Shown here in pieces: positions 62,163-64,000 of a stretch of 64,000 nt of DNA (position 1 is its first letter; every line of letters starts with the position of its first letter). A program made the translations under genes and the position numbers. Origin of the DNA: Octopus bimaculoides. Lineage: Eukaryota. The notes under the pieces were generated by a model. The model saw nothing but the letters and a program-made list of their open reading frames with translations. It did not search any database and was not told the origin of the DNA. The DNA is taken from NCBI RefSeq assembly GCF_001194135.2, contig NC_069006.1:11330487-11394486 (forward strand), given 5' to 3'.

Positions 62163-63499
62163 TCATGTATATATATAAAACTGGCACTCCATCAGTTATG
62201 ATGACATGTGTTCCTGTTGATCCAATCACTGGAACAGCCTACTTGTGAAATTAATGTGCAAGTGGCTGAGTACTCCACAGGTATGTGTACCCTTAACATA
62301 GTTCTCAGGGAGATTTAGTGTGATACAGAATGTGACAAGGCTGGCCCTTTGAATTACAGGTGCAACTCATTTTTTTTGCCAGCTGAGTGGACTGGAGCAA
62401 CGTGAAAATAAAGTGTCTTTCTCAAGGACATAACGCGTCGCTGGGGATTGAACTCACGACCTTATGATCATGAACCAAATTCCCTAAGCCACATACCTTC
62501 ATATATATATATACACACACACACACGCACACACGCATATATATCATCATCATCATCGTTTAACGCCCGCCTTCCATGCAGTCATGGGTCCATTTTCCAT
62601 GCTGGGTTGGATTAGACAGCTGGACAGGAGCTGACCAGGCCAGTTTCCACAGTTTGTTCTGGCATAGTTTCTACATCTGGATGCCCTTCCTGACGCCAAC
62701 CACTCCATAGAGTGCACTGGATGCTTCTTATCTGGCACCAGCACATGTATGTGTGTATTGCCATGCTCTTGTCTTGACATCATGTGATAGCTGTAGGTGA
62801 GTGCCACCGTTATACAAGCACCGACGTTTTATTTCCAGTCTTCCCTGAAAAGCATGTCTGTCCATAGAGAAAATATTACCTTGCTTGGAGAACAGGAGGA
62901 GTTGGACGATGAGAAGGGAAGAAGGGCATCTGGCCATAGAAAAATAGCCTCAACATATTCCATCTGACCAATGCAAGCATGGAAAAAGTTGGCATCAAAT
63001 GATGGTGGTGATTTTATCCAACAATTTTGCTGTTTGCAATACTGTGTTACCATATACTGTTGTGTTTAGCCCATGGTCGGTCCTGCTAGATCAGGACTTT
63101 GATCAATTAGTTCATGTTCGGTGATCAAAGTCATTCCAAGTGTCATCATCTCATCTGTTATTCAGGCATAGTGTATCTAGTGTACTTAATGTGCCCTTTT
63201 TTTTTTTAATGATATGTTTTGATTTGTGAGAGATTTGGCTGCTATTTCTAGGTAGCTGAGCAAGTGACTACATAGATGCCTCTTGTGTCTCATGATACAG
63301 TTACAATAAAGATGATGATGATGATAATGATGATGTTGGTGCTGATGGTGTAAATGGATAAGCGAGGTGGGTGGGTGACTGCAGAATGTGAAGATAGATC
63401 ACAGTTCCTGACTGTGGAGTTCTTTGTGTCTCAGTTTACAGAGAGAGGTTGTTTTATCTACCATCACCACCAGCATCATCACCATCACCAGTGATACTG

Positions 63500-63541
<42 letters not shown>

Positions 63542-64000
63542 NNNNNNNNNNNNNNNNNNNNNNNNNNNNNNNNNNNNNNNNNNNNNNNNNNNNNNNNNNN
63601 NNNNNNNNNNNNNNNNNNNNNNNNNNNNNNNNNNNNNNNNNNNNNNNNNNNNNNNNNNNNNNNNNNNNNNNNNNNNNNNNNNNNNNNNNNNNNNNNNNNN
63701 NNNNNNNNNNNNNNNNNNNNNNNNNNNNNNNNNNNNNNNNNNNNNNNNNNNNNNNNNNNNNNNNNNNGTAGGCACATTAAATTTCTTTTAAAACGTTTTA
63801 TAATTTAAATTTCTATTTTACGAACTGAAAAGGGAGCTTGGACAAAATTAACTAAATTAGCATAGAATAATGGTTTCATATTTTTTTTTTATAATTAAGA
63901 TTTAAACTGTCAATATATGAATGCAAAAGATACAGTTGAATAACTGTAAACCTACTTTTGGGCCACCCTGTATATGAGTAAGAACACCAACACCTCTATA

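Overview
Eukaryotic, repeat-rich, gapped genomic scaffold. The repeat content (tRNA-headed SINEs, RTE-type (GAT)n tails, dense microsatellites) points to an octopod cephalopod, probably Octopus; this is an inference. The one well-supported protein gene is CSTF1 (cleavage stimulation factor 50 kDa subunit, WD40) on the + strand. Eleven coding exons from the ATG at 24916 to 60829 were reconstructed by hand, all with GT-AG boundaries and matching phases (365 codons); the C-terminal exon(s) lie beyond the window or in a gap. The rest is transposon-derived: SINEs, RTE/HERO/other LINE relics, Tc1/mariner relics including a nearly full-length DD36E transposase, and hAT, piggyBac, Harbinger-like and Helentron-like non-autonomous elements. 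The most notable unexplained signal is a dispersed set of short insertions, mostly next to (TA)n, carrying minimal hammerhead-ribozyme motifs (CTGA-N-GA...GAAAC-palindrome-GTH). One is a 357-bp palindrome with two outward-facing hammerheads, and several lie in the sense orientation in CSTF1 introns. A partial copy of CSTF1 exon 8 with its intact acceptor sits in intron 6, and there are several fold-back palindromes. Nearly all ORFs in the supplied track are microsatellite, SINE or N-gap artefacts.
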